Shown here: positions 41,220-49,783 of the stretch, in pieces | Numbering within the stretch: the first letter of the stretch is position 1 | Layout of the letters: every line of letters begins with the position of its first letter | The notes under the pieces: generated by a model | What the model saw: the letters and a program-made list of their open reading frames with translations, nothing else | Database searches by the model: none | What the model was told of the DNA's origin: nothing | Made by a program: the position numbers and the translations under genes | Source of the DNA: a virus | Reading direction: 5' to 3' (one strand) | Virus record (IMG/VR): IMGVR_UViG_3300017971_000275 | Location: 9,300 to 73,299 of that record | DNA: 64,000 nucleotides

Positions 41220-42320
41220 CTAGTACAGCCAAGGGGACGTCTCTTCTACCCACTCACCAGGCTGCCGCTTTTTAGGGGGCGCTTTCTTTGGAGCGGGCTT
41301 TTGTCCCCTCGATGGCTGCTCCATGACCTCTGTAGGCACCTCGACCTTGGTGGGCATTTCTGTAGTAGTTGGTTCCTTTGCTGGTGGGGAAACTTTCCTT
41401 CCTGGTTTAGTGGGAGCATCCTCTCTTCCACCAAGCCCTACAACCTTCTCGCTCCAATCTATATCTTTGCCTACGCGTTTCCACCAATCAAGGGCATTCT
41501 CCGCAATAGCGCTGTCGATGATCGCGTTGACCAACATCAACACATTGTGATTGGGAGATAAGTGCTGTAGAAAAGGATCCACCACTACATCTGGAAGTCG
41601 ATGTGACTTTGCGAGAATCTTGACAACGGCTTCCTTACCCAGTGCACCAGACTTCGGTGGGTTATCTTTTACAAACTGCGGGAAGGCACTCTTGTCGATA
41701 TTGGTTTGCTCGGCCCAAGCCTCCAGCGCGGCTTCAAGGTACTGAAAGGTGTACGGACTCAGTTCTGGTAGCGGAAGCGGTTTGGCGCCAAACTCTACTG
41801 GTGATAGAATTTGATCCGCGTAGCCAGCCGGACCCAACCATGGATCCTCTGGCACAGCAGCGGCCTTTTGCTGCTCCCGTTTTTTCAGCTCTTCTACTGA
41901 CAAGCCCTTGATGGAGTCCACCAACACATTCTTGCCAATCGACTGCACAACGTACACTAGAAATTGGTACAGAGGCGTACGCGGACGAACATCCTTGGAG
42001 ATGGATTTTAATGGAAGGGTTAGAATGAATGGATTTTCGGCGACGAATGCCATGATCCCTTCTGGCCATGCGGCATCTCCTACCATTAAATCCTGCTCAG
42101 AATCGATCATGTCCTCAAGATCATTGAGAGAGGCAGCCTTCAGAGCCTCTGCCCCGTTAACCCTTAATACACGGTCCATCAACTTATTTACGTACTTCTC
42201 CAATCCAGGGTTGCGGGTGGCCGCCTCCCTGTAAAAAGCACGCTGAGCCAACACATTTGGTTGGCTATATTGCCGGACCGGGGACAAGTCGATAAGCTTT
42301 CTACGTCTGCGCGGATTCAT
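41220..42320 (-). CDS. Hypothetical protein
   Basis: ATGA-coupled start at 42320 (track ORF to 42374). Confidence 0.6.
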   Translation of the reverse strand: MNPRRRRKLIDLSPVRQYSQPNVLAQRAFYREAATRNPGLEKYVNKLMDRVLRVNGAEALKAASLNDLEDMIDSEQDLMVGDAAWPEGIMAFVAENPFILTLPLKSISKDVRPRTPLYQFLVYVVQSIGKNVLVDSIKGLSVEELKKREQQKAAAVPEDPWLGPAGYADQILSPVEFGAKPLPLPELSPYTFQYLEAALEAWAEQTNIDKSAFPQFVKDNPPKSGALGKEAVVKILAKSHRLPDVVVDPFLQHLSPNHNVLMLVNAIIDSAIAENALDWWKRVGKDIDWSEKVVGLGGREDAPTKPGRKVSPPAKEPTTTEMPTKVEVPTEVMEQPSRGQKPAPKKAPPKKRQPGEWVEETSPWLY

Positions 42321-42760
42321 GCTTCGTAAGCTCCACGGATATCTCTGGACCATTCCCACCGAGTGCCATCCCACTCGCCTCGAATTACGTCGTCATAGCT
42401 CAAAACACGAGCTTGGTCATCAAACTCCAGGCCGTCGAGAGCCAACGTGCCCAGCGCGGTAATTTTGAGCACATCGCTTTCGTTTTGAGCGGTGACATCC
42501 CCTACCCATTCGATGGTAGCGTAAGGAAATGCTTCAGACATGTCGGTAGCTGGTGTGAGTTTCGCAACAACTACTGACACCCCTACCTTCCAAGGACGCT
42601 CTGCTTCCGCCAAGTCCTCGGCATTCCCATCCGCTGTACCAGTGCGCTTTCCGCCTACAGCCGTGATAGCACGGTCCATTTCGGCCTGGGCGTCCTCAGA
42701 GGTCAAGGCCTGGCGGTATACTGCGCCCCGATAGCGGATAATTGTAGGTAATCTCGGCAT
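42317..42760 (-). CDS. Probable head protein
   Basis: Motif PTIIRYRGAVYRQA. Confidence 0.65.
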   Translation of the reverse strand: MPRLPTIIRYRGAVYRQALTSEDAQAEMDRAITAVGGKRTGTADGNAEDLAEAERPWKVGVSVVVAKLTPATDMSEAFPYATIEWVGDVTAQNESDVLKITALGTLALDGLEFDDQARVLSYDDVIRGEWDGTRWEWSRDIRGAYEA

Positions 42761-42786
42761 TGTTCTGCTGGAAGGTTAGCTAGCTG

Positions 42787-43170
42787 CTAAACCCAAGCAG
42801 AACCATCGTTGGTGACCAGCGCGCCCAACGTGGTGTCGAAGACCACGTGGCCAATCGGCACCGAGGTGGGTGCCGGCAGCGAAGCAGTTGGCATGGATGG
42901 AGCGAGCACCACTGGGGTAGCGATGGCCGATTCCAGACCACGCACGGCGTTGGCTGTGATGGGGTAACCATTCAAGGTCACGGCTGCACGGCCAGCGGCG
43001 ATCAGGTTGGCGAGCTCCTCACTGCGGAACTTGTCTTGCGAGAAGATCCACGCTGGAACGTCTTTGGCTTTGCCGGGAGCAATGCTGGCACCAGACAGGC
43101 TGAGTGCATATCCGCTGGTGTTCTTGACGTTCAGCATCTTTGTGGCCGACAGAATAGTTCGGTAACCCAT
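42787..43170 (-). CDS. Probable virion decoration-like protein
   Basis: High codon bias, AGGAG RBS, C-terminal VFDTTLG...DGSAW. Confidence 0.5.
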   Translation of the reverse strand: MGYRTILSATKMLNVKNTSGYALSLSGASIAPGKAKDVPAWIFSQDKFRSEELANLIAAGRAAVTLNGYPITANAVRGLESAIATPVVLAPSMPTASLPAPTSVPIGHVVFDTTLGALVTNDGSAWV

Positions 43171-43271
43171 TTCAGTCACTCCTGAAGTGATGTGGTGAGA
43201 ATAGATACACAAGTGCACGACTAGTCGTACACAACCAATATAGAATAACCTAAATTGATTTGTCGCGGAGG

Positions 43272-43625
43272 TTACTCATGCTTGCGTAAAGAATTGAGGA
43301 CCCAGGATTCACCGGCTCGCTCCCAGTAAATGGCAGCGCAAGCCTTGCAGGCTTTGAACAAAGCCTTACCGGTGATCTCTATATCCAAGTCCTTTGCCAT
43401 CCCCCAAGTATTATCGGGATCGCCACAAAGTGGGGCACCTTTTCCACCACTGAACTGTGGTCCGTCTGGACCAACCTCCCGCAGATGAAATGGTTCCAAA
43501 GGCGATGCATCGATCTTCATGCAGAAAGCGTACTTGGAGTCTTTTGCAAGAGGAGACATTTGTGCACTCCACAATAAGTGCCCATCAAAATAATTATGGG
43601 TCGAGGGTGTAGTAAAGGTGCTCAT
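43272..43625 (-). CDS. Hypothetical protein with Zn-binding motif
   Basis: H...LCG...CxxC. Confidence 0.55.
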   Translation of the reverse strand: MSTFTTPSTHNYFDGHLLWSAQMSPLAKDSKYAFCMKIDASPLEPFHLREVGPDGPQFSGGKGAPLCGDPDNTWGMAKDLDIEITGKALFKACKACAAIYWERAGESWVLNSLRKHE

Positions 43626-43662
43626 GGCCTCAAAGAATAACTAGGTTGGAGGAAGAGGGAGA

Positions 43663-44229
43663 TTAGGCTGCGCGGGACTGAGGCCACAGCCAGCTGATGT
43701 AGTCGGTCCACTGCTGAGGAATAGACTTCTCCGACAAACTCTTCACCAGAATGGCTGGTAGCCATCTAGGCGCCTTGGGTTGACGGAGTAGCTTCATGTC
43801 CGCTTCCTGGGGAGTACGATCCCCTTTACCCTGGTTGCAGGGACCGCAAGCTGTCACGATGTTGGTCCAGATCGTGCGGCCTCCACGTGAACGTGGCACC
43901 ACGTGGTCAAACGTCAAATCCGACGCCTTGAACCGATCACCGCAGTACTGGCAAGTCCAGCCATCTCGCGCGTACAAGTAGAACCGCGTGAACTTCACAT
44001 CGGGCGGTGGACGCTTCGAGCGCTTCCCGAGCCACATCACGTTCCGACGAAGCCAGATCACCGCAGGCACGTCAAAGGTCTCGCGCGCCGAATGCACCTG
44101 ATCGGGGTAGGTGTTTAGTACAGCGGCTTTTTCTAGGTACACCATGGTTATGGCGCGCTGCCAGTTAACCACCCTGACTGGTTCATATCCTTGGTTTAGT
44201 ACGAGAGTTCTGAGGCTGGGCGTAGTCAT
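43663..44229 (-). CDS. HNH endonuclease
   Basis: LVLNQGYEP, RDGWTCQYCG, TFDHVVPRSRGG, W.NIVTAC..CN..K. Confidence 0.95.
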   Translation of the reverse strand: MTTPSLRTLVLNQGYEPVRVVNWQRAITMVYLEKAAVLNTYPDQVHSARETFDVPAVIWLRRNVMWLGKRSKRPPPDVKFTRFYLYARDGWTCQYCGDRFKASDLTFDHVVPRSRGGRTIWTNIVTACGPCNQGKGDRTPQEADMKLLRQPKAPRWLPAILVKSLSEKSIPQQWTDYISWLWPQSRAA

Positions 44230-44251
44230 GATGAGCTCCTTGCAGAATGAG

Positions 44252-44305
44252 TTACCGTAAGAAGAACTGCCGGATCAAAAAGCGTTCAAACGTGCGTAAA
44301 GACAT
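44252..44305 (-). other. Putative leader peptide (uORF) MSLRTFERFLIRQFFLR
   Basis: AGGAG RBS; lies between the promoter and the HNH gene. Confidence 0.45.
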
Positions 44306-44324
44306 GTTGATCTCCTGTGCCTAT

Positions 44325-44353
44325 GTTATAAGCGGTGGGGCGGTCAGTGTCAA
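44325..44353 (-). promoter_or_regulatory. Sigma70-type promoter
   Basis: TTGACA-17 nt-TATAAC. Confidence 0.75.
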
Positions 44354-44360
44354 GTCTGAT

Positions 44361-44446
44361 TGCTCGCACCGGGAGTCGAACCCGGATAGGGACTAAGCCC
44401 CGGGGGATTTTAAGTCCCCTGTGTCTACCTACTTCACCATGCGAGC
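44361..44446 (-). tRNA. tRNA-Leu(TAA), long variable arm, no encoded CCA
   Basis: Cloverleaf: acceptor GCTCGCA/TGCGAGC, anticodon arm GGGGA-CTTAAAA-TCCCC, T loop TTCGACT. Confidence 0.93.
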
Positions 44447-44453
44447 ATAGTAG

Positions 44454-44651
44454 CTACTCATCAAGTATATGACGGTCCAAACGTTCTTTGGCAACCTCTT
44501 CTACCGATTCTCTGGTGACGTTGGGGTTCTCTATGTTGGCGTTGCCGAACGCGAAGCTGATCCTCTGCTCCTGCCGCTCCTCGTTGGTCATCGGCCGTTT
44601 GGAGAGCTCCTCAGCTTTTTTATACAGCTCCTCTTCAGAACGACGTGTCAT
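44454..44651 (-). CDS. Small hypothetical protein
   Basis: MT.EER.EQRISFAFGNANIENP.VTR motif; RBS. Confidence 0.6.
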   Translation of the reverse strand: MTRRSEEELYKKAEELSKRPMTNEERQEQRISFAFGNANIENPNVTRESVEEVAKERLDRHILDE

Positions 44652-44802
44652 TCCTCTTCCTCCCAGGTGCCTTCGTCAACCTGCTTGACTACAAAATCCA
44701 CAAACCAATTGGGGACCTCGCAGGCGCCCGAGCTTGTGGTGTAAGGTATGAGCTCATTGGACATGACTCCGTAAAGCTCCAGAATAGAATCAGCTGCGCT
44801 GC

Positions 44803-45051
44803 TCAAGCTTCGCTCCTAGTATTATGCGTCTCCTGCTTCCACGACCACTCTCCGGTGCGAGGGTCCCATTCACTTTTGCATTTTCGGCAACGCAAAAATC
44901 CACTGAGCACCTGCAGCTTCTCATGACATCTATTGCACACTGTTGGCGCATCACCATCCAGGAATCTGTTTATCACCTCAGTAAGGAGTTCTACCTCTAA
45001 ATGAAGATGTATCACAACGGTTTCGTTGTCGTGCCTACCGACCAAGCTCAT
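44803..45051 (-). CDS. Small Zn-ribbon protein
   Basis: CxxC...CxxC. Confidence 0.5.
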   Translation of the reverse strand: MSLVGRHDNETVVIHLHLEVELLTEVINRFLDGDAPTVCNRCHEKLQVLSGFLRCRKCKSEWDPRTGEWSWKQETHNTRSEA

Positions 45052-45194
45052 TATACACCCCTTCTACCCCAATCCAGGTCTGAAGTATCGGTTGCCGTCG
45101 TGGTCCACGGATACCGTGGCGACGCCTATGACCTTGTTTTCTTCGTTGATACTTTGCAGCGTTACCGCCTGCCCGTAATGGAGATCTGTGTGGC

Positions 45195-45608
45195 CTATGC
45201 TCTTTTCAACAAGCTCGGGGTCAAACACGTACTCGCCCCACTTGGATTTTTCTCTTCATCCACAAAAACCACAGGCCGGTACTTTGGGTTGAAGCGACCC
45301 GCTACCTCACGAAGCAAAACCTGCACGACCCCGTCAAGCCGTTGTATTTCCTCTGCCATGGCAGTAAGAGTTTCAGATACCTTTGTTGGGAAGTCTTGCA
45401 TGGGGACGTAATCGAGGTCCGCCCTGTAGTTGGCTATATGCGGTCCGACACCATCCCAGCTGTAACTCCTACCACCATCACTATCGTCCAGGTACGAGCC
45501 ACAGCCCAAGCAAACGTAACCATGCCTCAGGCGAAACCACTCCGCATCCCGCGTATTGTTGGAACAGTGCCAACAAGGCTCAGGCTCTTTTTTGTTCTGT
45601 TCGCTCAT
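45195..45608 (-). CDS. Zn-ribbon hypothetical protein
   Basis: CWHC...CLGC. Confidence 0.55.
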   Translation of the reverse strand: MSEQNKKEPEPCWHCSNNTRDAEWFRLRHGYVCLGCGSYLDDSDGGRSYSWDGVGPHIANYRADLDYVPMQDFPTKVSETLTAMAEEIQRLDGVVQVLLREVAGRFNPKYRPVVFVDEEKNPSGASTCLTPSLLKRA

Positions 45609-45832
45609 GGGTTTTTCCTGGGAAATTTTCTTATGAGATCAAACCAGCTGTGCGTAAGGACAGGAGAGCCACAAACTGGGCAGAGTGGCCTGGACTCACC
45701 AGCTTCGTAGTCCTCGTCTGAGGCGAGAGTATGGTCGTAGCAGACACAGCAGAAATACACACTGACATCAGTCGCGTTTGCTGTGTTCGTGACGTCAACG
45801 TCGTCTGAGCATAGCATTTTAGGTTCACTCAT
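45605..45832 (-). CDS. Small Zn-ribbon protein
   Basis: CCVC...CPVCG; AGGAG RBS. Confidence 0.55.
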   Translation of the reverse strand: MSEPKMLCSDDVDVTNTANATDVSVYFCCVCYDHTLASDEDYEAGESRPLCPVCGSPVLTHSWFDLIRKFPRKNP

Positions 45833-45847
45833 GCAGAAACTCCTTTA

Positions 45848-45921
45848 TGCTGCTGGTGAGAGTCGAACTCACAACATCTCGATTTTGAGTCGAGCGCCTC
45901 TGCCGATTGGGCCACAGCAGC
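45848..45921 (-). tRNA. tRNA-Leu(CAA), short variable loop
   Basis: GCTGCTG/CAGCAGC acceptor; CTCGA-CTCAAAA-TCGAG; T loop TTCGACT. Confidence 0.88.
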
Positions 45922-45925
45922 TTAT

Positions 45926-46009
45926 TGCTGGCGGAGGGACTCGAACCCCCACGGGATTTCTCCCACTGGATCCTAAATCCAGGGTGGCTACCAATTACAC
46001 CACGCCAGC
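45926..46009 (-). tRNA. tRNA-Leu(TAG), long variable arm
   Basis: GCTGGCG/CGCCAGC acceptor; CTGGA-TTTAGGA-TCCAG; T loop TTCGAGT. Confidence 0.93.
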
Positions 46010-46055
46010 TCATAAGTGTATTTTACAAGACCGCCTTCCACTGCCAACAACTGCC

Positions 46056-46095
46056 AAAACAAAAAGGGGGAGGAGCCCCGAAGAACTCCTCCCCC
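46056..46095 (-). terminator. Rho-independent terminator of the vWA/ARPP operon
   Basis: GGGGGAGGAG...CTCCTCCCCC stem followed by TTTTTGTTTT. Confidence 0.88.
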
Positions 46096-46124
46096 GAAAG
46101 GGCTTGGGTGGGACTATTCCCAAG

Positions 46125-47156
46125 CTAAATCTGGAACGCTCTGGTGAGCTTCCAGCCTTTGCGAGGATCCCATCCCTCAGACATTACCATCGACGCGTAC
46201 AGGATGCTATCCGTGTTCGTGTCCGAGGCGATCTGCCCGAAGAACTGGTCGTTGCGGATCGTGGTCAGTCTGGCGACAGTGCTCCGTCCCTGCTCTGTCT
46301 CCTTGTGGAAAGGAGTATCCAACAGATCGCGCACCTGCTTCCTGACTAGCTCATCCTGCTGCTGGTCGGCGCTCTCCAACGCGTCACACAAGGCGTCCAT
46401 GTTGGTGAGGTCATCTACCTGCAGAGGCGTTCTGGTCTTGAGAACCTTGTCCGCATCCTGCTTCTGGCGCGAAGCCATGATGGCAGCAGAACCGTAGCAA
46501 ACACGGACCAGTGGTTCCCATACAGATTTCCAGTACGCAGCTGAAGGAGCTCGCTCGACGCCAACCACGTTACCGCTGATCAGGATGATGGCACCAACCT
46601 GGTTGTCTACGATCTCGAACTCTGCGATGAACTGATCCAGCTCCTCGGCGAACTGCTGCATGTACTGCACCAGGTTCTGTGTGGAGCTCATACCAGATTG
46701 CGCAGAAAAGGAGCCGATGGACTGCCATAGCTTGTTGTACCGTCGATCCTTTCTCTTCTCCAACGCTGGACGACGCAAAGCCAGCGGCAGAATCAGCATC
46801 TTGTGCTGGTCCTCGCGAATGTAGCCACCCTGCGTAGCCTGGATGCACATGGCGTTGTCCCAGACCTCCCGTCCCTTCGGAGGAACGATACCAGCGGTTG
46901 CCATCGCATGGTCCTGCGCTGCCTGCTTGACAACGTAACCAACATGTGTTGGCAGCAGAACTGGCTTGCCCGAAGGGTTCGAGAAGACCATTTCTCCGTA
47001 GTTGCGCGTCCCGACGCGGACCACGTCTGGATTCTCGAAGCGGTCATCCTGTAGATCTTCATCGAGGATCAACGGAATCACCTGCATCACACCGACCGTC
47101 TGGATGCGCCCGACTTCGCAACCGCGAAGGATTTCTTTGATCGTTAGAGGCTGCAT
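46125..47156 (-). CDS. ARPP-like (DUF6569/ARPP family) domain protein
   Basis: Q.VG.M.VIPL, NYG...F.N, Q.H........V...C(I)Q..QGG, LW..I, FE....QVGAI..I.G...G.E pattern recognised from memory of the family. Confidence 0.65.
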   Translation of the reverse strand: MQPLTIKEILRGCEVGRIQTVGVMQVIPLILDEDLQDDRFENPDVVRVGTRNYGEMVFSNPSGKPVLLPTHVGYVVKQAAQDHAMATAGIVPPKGREVWDNAMCIQATQGGYIREDQHKMLILPLALRRPALEKRKDRRYNKLWQSIGSFSAQSGMSSTQNLVQYMQQFAEELDQFIAEFEIVDNQVGAIILISGNVVGVERAPSAAYWKSVWEPLVRVCYGSAAIMASRQKQDADKVLKTRTPLQVDDLTNMDALCDALESADQQQDELVRKQVRDLLDTPFHKETEQGRSTVARLTTIRNDQFFGQIASDTNTDSILYASMVMSEGWDPRKGWKLTRAFQI

Positions 47157-47157
47157 A

Positions 47158-49278
47158 TTACACCTCCTGCTGCAGCTCGTCCATCGGACGTTGTAGTACA
47201 GCCGCAGCCTGCTGACCGAGTTTCGTGTACAGGACGTAGTCTGTGCTTCGACCTGCTTTCTTGACTAGCCTACGGCGCCTTAGCGCTTCGACTGTCTGTG
47301 GCCTCACGCCAGCACCGCGGTAGTTGATTTTCCCGTCGACCTGGACTCTGTCCATATCAACGAGAGCATCGCGCATCGTCGGAGAGAGCTCACCGACAAC
47401 GTCAAGTAGACGCTGCGTTACTGCCACCGAACGTCGCCGTCGTGGCTTGGGCAGCTCCACCTTAGGCGCCTGGAGCGCCTTCTGGCCCTGCCGCAGCAGC
47501 GCACGCAGACCGTTGAGCGGATCCTGCTCCAACGCTTCACGTAGAAGCGCAGTCCCGAAAGACTTGGGATCCTGCACAGGCATCGTCGGGATCACCCCTG
47601 AAGCCAATGAGCGCACCGAAGCAGTCTCCGCAGCAGACACAGGGTTCAGGTGGTAGATGGGCGTCGAAACCCCCATCTGCCTGATGGCCCGGACAGTCTC
47701 AGCGAAACGTCCAGCTGGGGTGTTGTCGTAACCATCGCTGATCACGTACACCGCAGACGGACGGTGATCGCGCATCGCTTTGGCCAGCGGCAACGCCAAC
47801 GAGGTGTCCCCCGATGGACGTACCAGCCTACCACTGCGCTTACCACCAACCAGAACCCGACGGGCTCCTGCAGCTTGTAGCATGTCGCTCAGCGCCAAAG
47901 CAGATGCCATTGGACGAAGCTTCTGCGTCTCATCTCCAGACATCGAGCCTGAGGCGTCGACGATGACCACTGCATCAGAGCAGTCGAACGGCAGCAACGT
48001 GGCTGCCTGCTCAGCTTTCTCATCCAGCACATCGCGAATCTCCGCCGTCATCCCACGCTCGTAAGCGTAGACGTACAGCTTGATCGCGTCGTAGCGCTTC
48101 GGATCAAAGTCAGCCTTCGCCCCAGCTCGCTGCAGGCGCCGCTGGTGCTTGATCTTCTGCCCGTCAGTGAGCGCCTTCGTCTTCGACGTCAGACGCAATA
48201 CGTCGTCATGTGAGCGATCCTTGTGGAACACAGACCGGATACCTTCCAGAACTTCTGGGGGCAGGTTGCGTCCATCACGCAGGTCGTCACGCGCGTTGAC
48301 GTAAGCCTTCAGGAGCGGAACCGTCCACGACTCTTCTGTGCTACCCAGCACAAACGCGACACACTGGCTGACGTGCCCTCGGTCGTTGTCGGTGTAGGCC
48401 CACACGTGATCGTTGAGGATCCCGCGCTCTTTTTGCGTCCAGTGACGCTTACGGCAAATGCTGGCCACCATTGAAGCGGCGCGCTTACCCCACGCGTGCT
48501 GGAGCGCCCGACGCATCTTCCGGCGGTACTTGACAGCCCACCAGTCGAGCTTATCGGACCCCAAGATTGAGGTCAGGATCACCCGGCGCGTACGCTTATT
48601 GTTGCAGCCCGACTGATGCAGCATCTCGAAGAGCTGGAACATACGCGGAGCGGTAACCGCATTGACCAGGGCGGTGATGAGCTCGCGCTCACGCTGCAGG
48701 TCATACTGCGTAGGACGTCCCACTCCTGGCCACTCCAACAGCATCCACGCGGCCAGCTTACGTGCGTTGTCCGTCAAACCTGACAGGCACGACAGCAATC
48801 CGTAGGCGCCGCGGTCGATACTGAACATCGCGGCGTGCGCCAGCTTCTCGGCGCGCTGCTGGTCTTCCTTGGTGTTGTAGTGCGTTGCCCGGTTCATACC
48901 AGTCGTCGCCTGATCCAAGTAAGACGCCACTACGCGTCCAACGATCCGCTGCTCGCGCGGGTTGAGGTTTACTCTATCACCGCGCAATAGTTTCTTGGCG
49001 AGGCCAGGAACCTCTGGGATCGCGTAGCGCTCGCAGAAAATGCGGTTGCTGGTGCACTTATTGTACACCTTGTCCGCATCGGCTTGGTCTGGAACGATGT
49101 AACCGTCCAGTAGCCTACCGTTGGGACCAGGAACTGCTTTGAGTCCCGGCTCCACGGACAAGCCGAGCTTGAGCCCGAACTTGCGCCCGCGCTCGCTGCC
49201 GTCGATGAACAACACGTGAGAGGTGGACTTCGCCCCCAGCTCACGGCGCAACTTGGTCGTTTGTAGTCCCTTACGCAT
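47158..49278 (-). CDS. Divergent TROVE/Ro60-like protein with vWA domain
   Basis: vWA MIDAS DASGSMS, G.TSLA, ISDGYDN; large basic helical region upstream; adjacent Y-RNA-like array; start MRKGL (track ORF to 49299). Confidence 0.6.
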   Translation of the reverse strand: MRKGLQTTKLRRELGAKSTSHVLFIDGSERGRKFGLKLGLSVEPGLKAVPGPNGRLLDGYIVPDQADADKVYNKCTSNRIFCERYAIPEVPGLAKKLLRGDRVNLNPREQRIVGRVVASYLDQATTGMNRATHYNTKEDQQRAEKLAHAAMFSIDRGAYGLLSCLSGLTDNARKLAAWMLLEWPGVGRPTQYDLQRERELITALVNAVTAPRMFQLFEMLHQSGCNNKRTRRVILTSILGSDKLDWWAVKYRRKMRRALQHAWGKRAASMVASICRKRHWTQKERGILNDHVWAYTDNDRGHVSQCVAFVLGSTEESWTVPLLKAYVNARDDLRDGRNLPPEVLEGIRSVFHKDRSHDDVLRLTSKTKALTDGQKIKHQRRLQRAGAKADFDPKRYDAIKLYVYAYERGMTAEIRDVLDEKAEQAATLLPFDCSDAVVIVDASGSMSGDETQKLRPMASALALSDMLQAAGARRVLVGGKRSGRLVRPSGDTSLALPLAKAMRDHRPSAVYVISDGYDNTPAGRFAETVRAIRQMGVSTPIYHLNPVSAAETASVRSLASGVIPTMPVQDPKSFGTALLREALEQDPLNGLRALLRQGQKALQAPKVELPKPRRRRSVAVTQRLLDVVGELSPTMRDALVDMDRVQVDGKINYRGAGVRPQTVEALRRRRLVKKAGRSTDYVLYTKLGQQAAAVLQRPMDELQQEV

Positions 49279-49353
49279 GGCGGGTGTCCCTTTCTGCACT
49301 GGTGAGAGTGCAAGTAATAATGTGTGGCCTTAATAAAAGCGGCCAGCAGATAC

Positions 49354-49382
49354 TTTATAAACAGTCGGTATGTCGTTGTCAA
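49354..49382 (-). promoter_or_regulatory. Sigma70-type promoter of the vWA/ARPP operon
   Basis: TTGACA-17 nt-TATAAA. Confidence 0.8.
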
Positions 49383-49390
49383 GTGTCAAG

Positions 49391-49783
49391 CGTACCACTA
49401 ACACGTGCGTGTGGAGCGCTTGCCGTGCCAGCAGGAGGCAGACAACACCGATTCGTACCACCCACACGTACGTTGGAAGCATATAGCATGGCAGCGACGT
49501 CCTTGCTGGACATGAACGTACCATCCACACATAGGTGGGAAGCACGAAGAGCTGGGCCGGCAGGTCTTCCAGAGGCAGCGTACCATCCACACATACGTGG
49601 GAAGCATCTATAGCCAGGAGGGCCAGTCCGTCGATCGCGGCGTACCACCCACACGTGCGTAGGGAGCACGTACTGTCTGCTTACCCCTAGGCAATGCCTG
49701 CAAGTACCACCCACACGTACATGGGAAGCGCTCAGCGCGTGGGCAGGGCCACAAGCCGGGGCTACGTACCACCCACATGCGTG
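49391..49783 (-). CRISPR. Degenerate CRISPR array: 6 full and 1 partial 29-nt repeats (consensus GTGCTTCCCACGTACGTGTGGGTGGTACG, type I-E-like) and 6 spacers of 33-34 nt
   Basis: Repeats start (+ coordinates) at 49391, 49454, 49517, 49579, 49641, 49703 and 49765; period 62-63 nt; spacers are unique. Confidence 0.88.

Noticed and set aside
49420-49764. Self-targeting by CRISPR spacers
   Set aside because: No convincing match seen by eye within the window (only an ~11-nt coincidence near 60317); a proper search is needed
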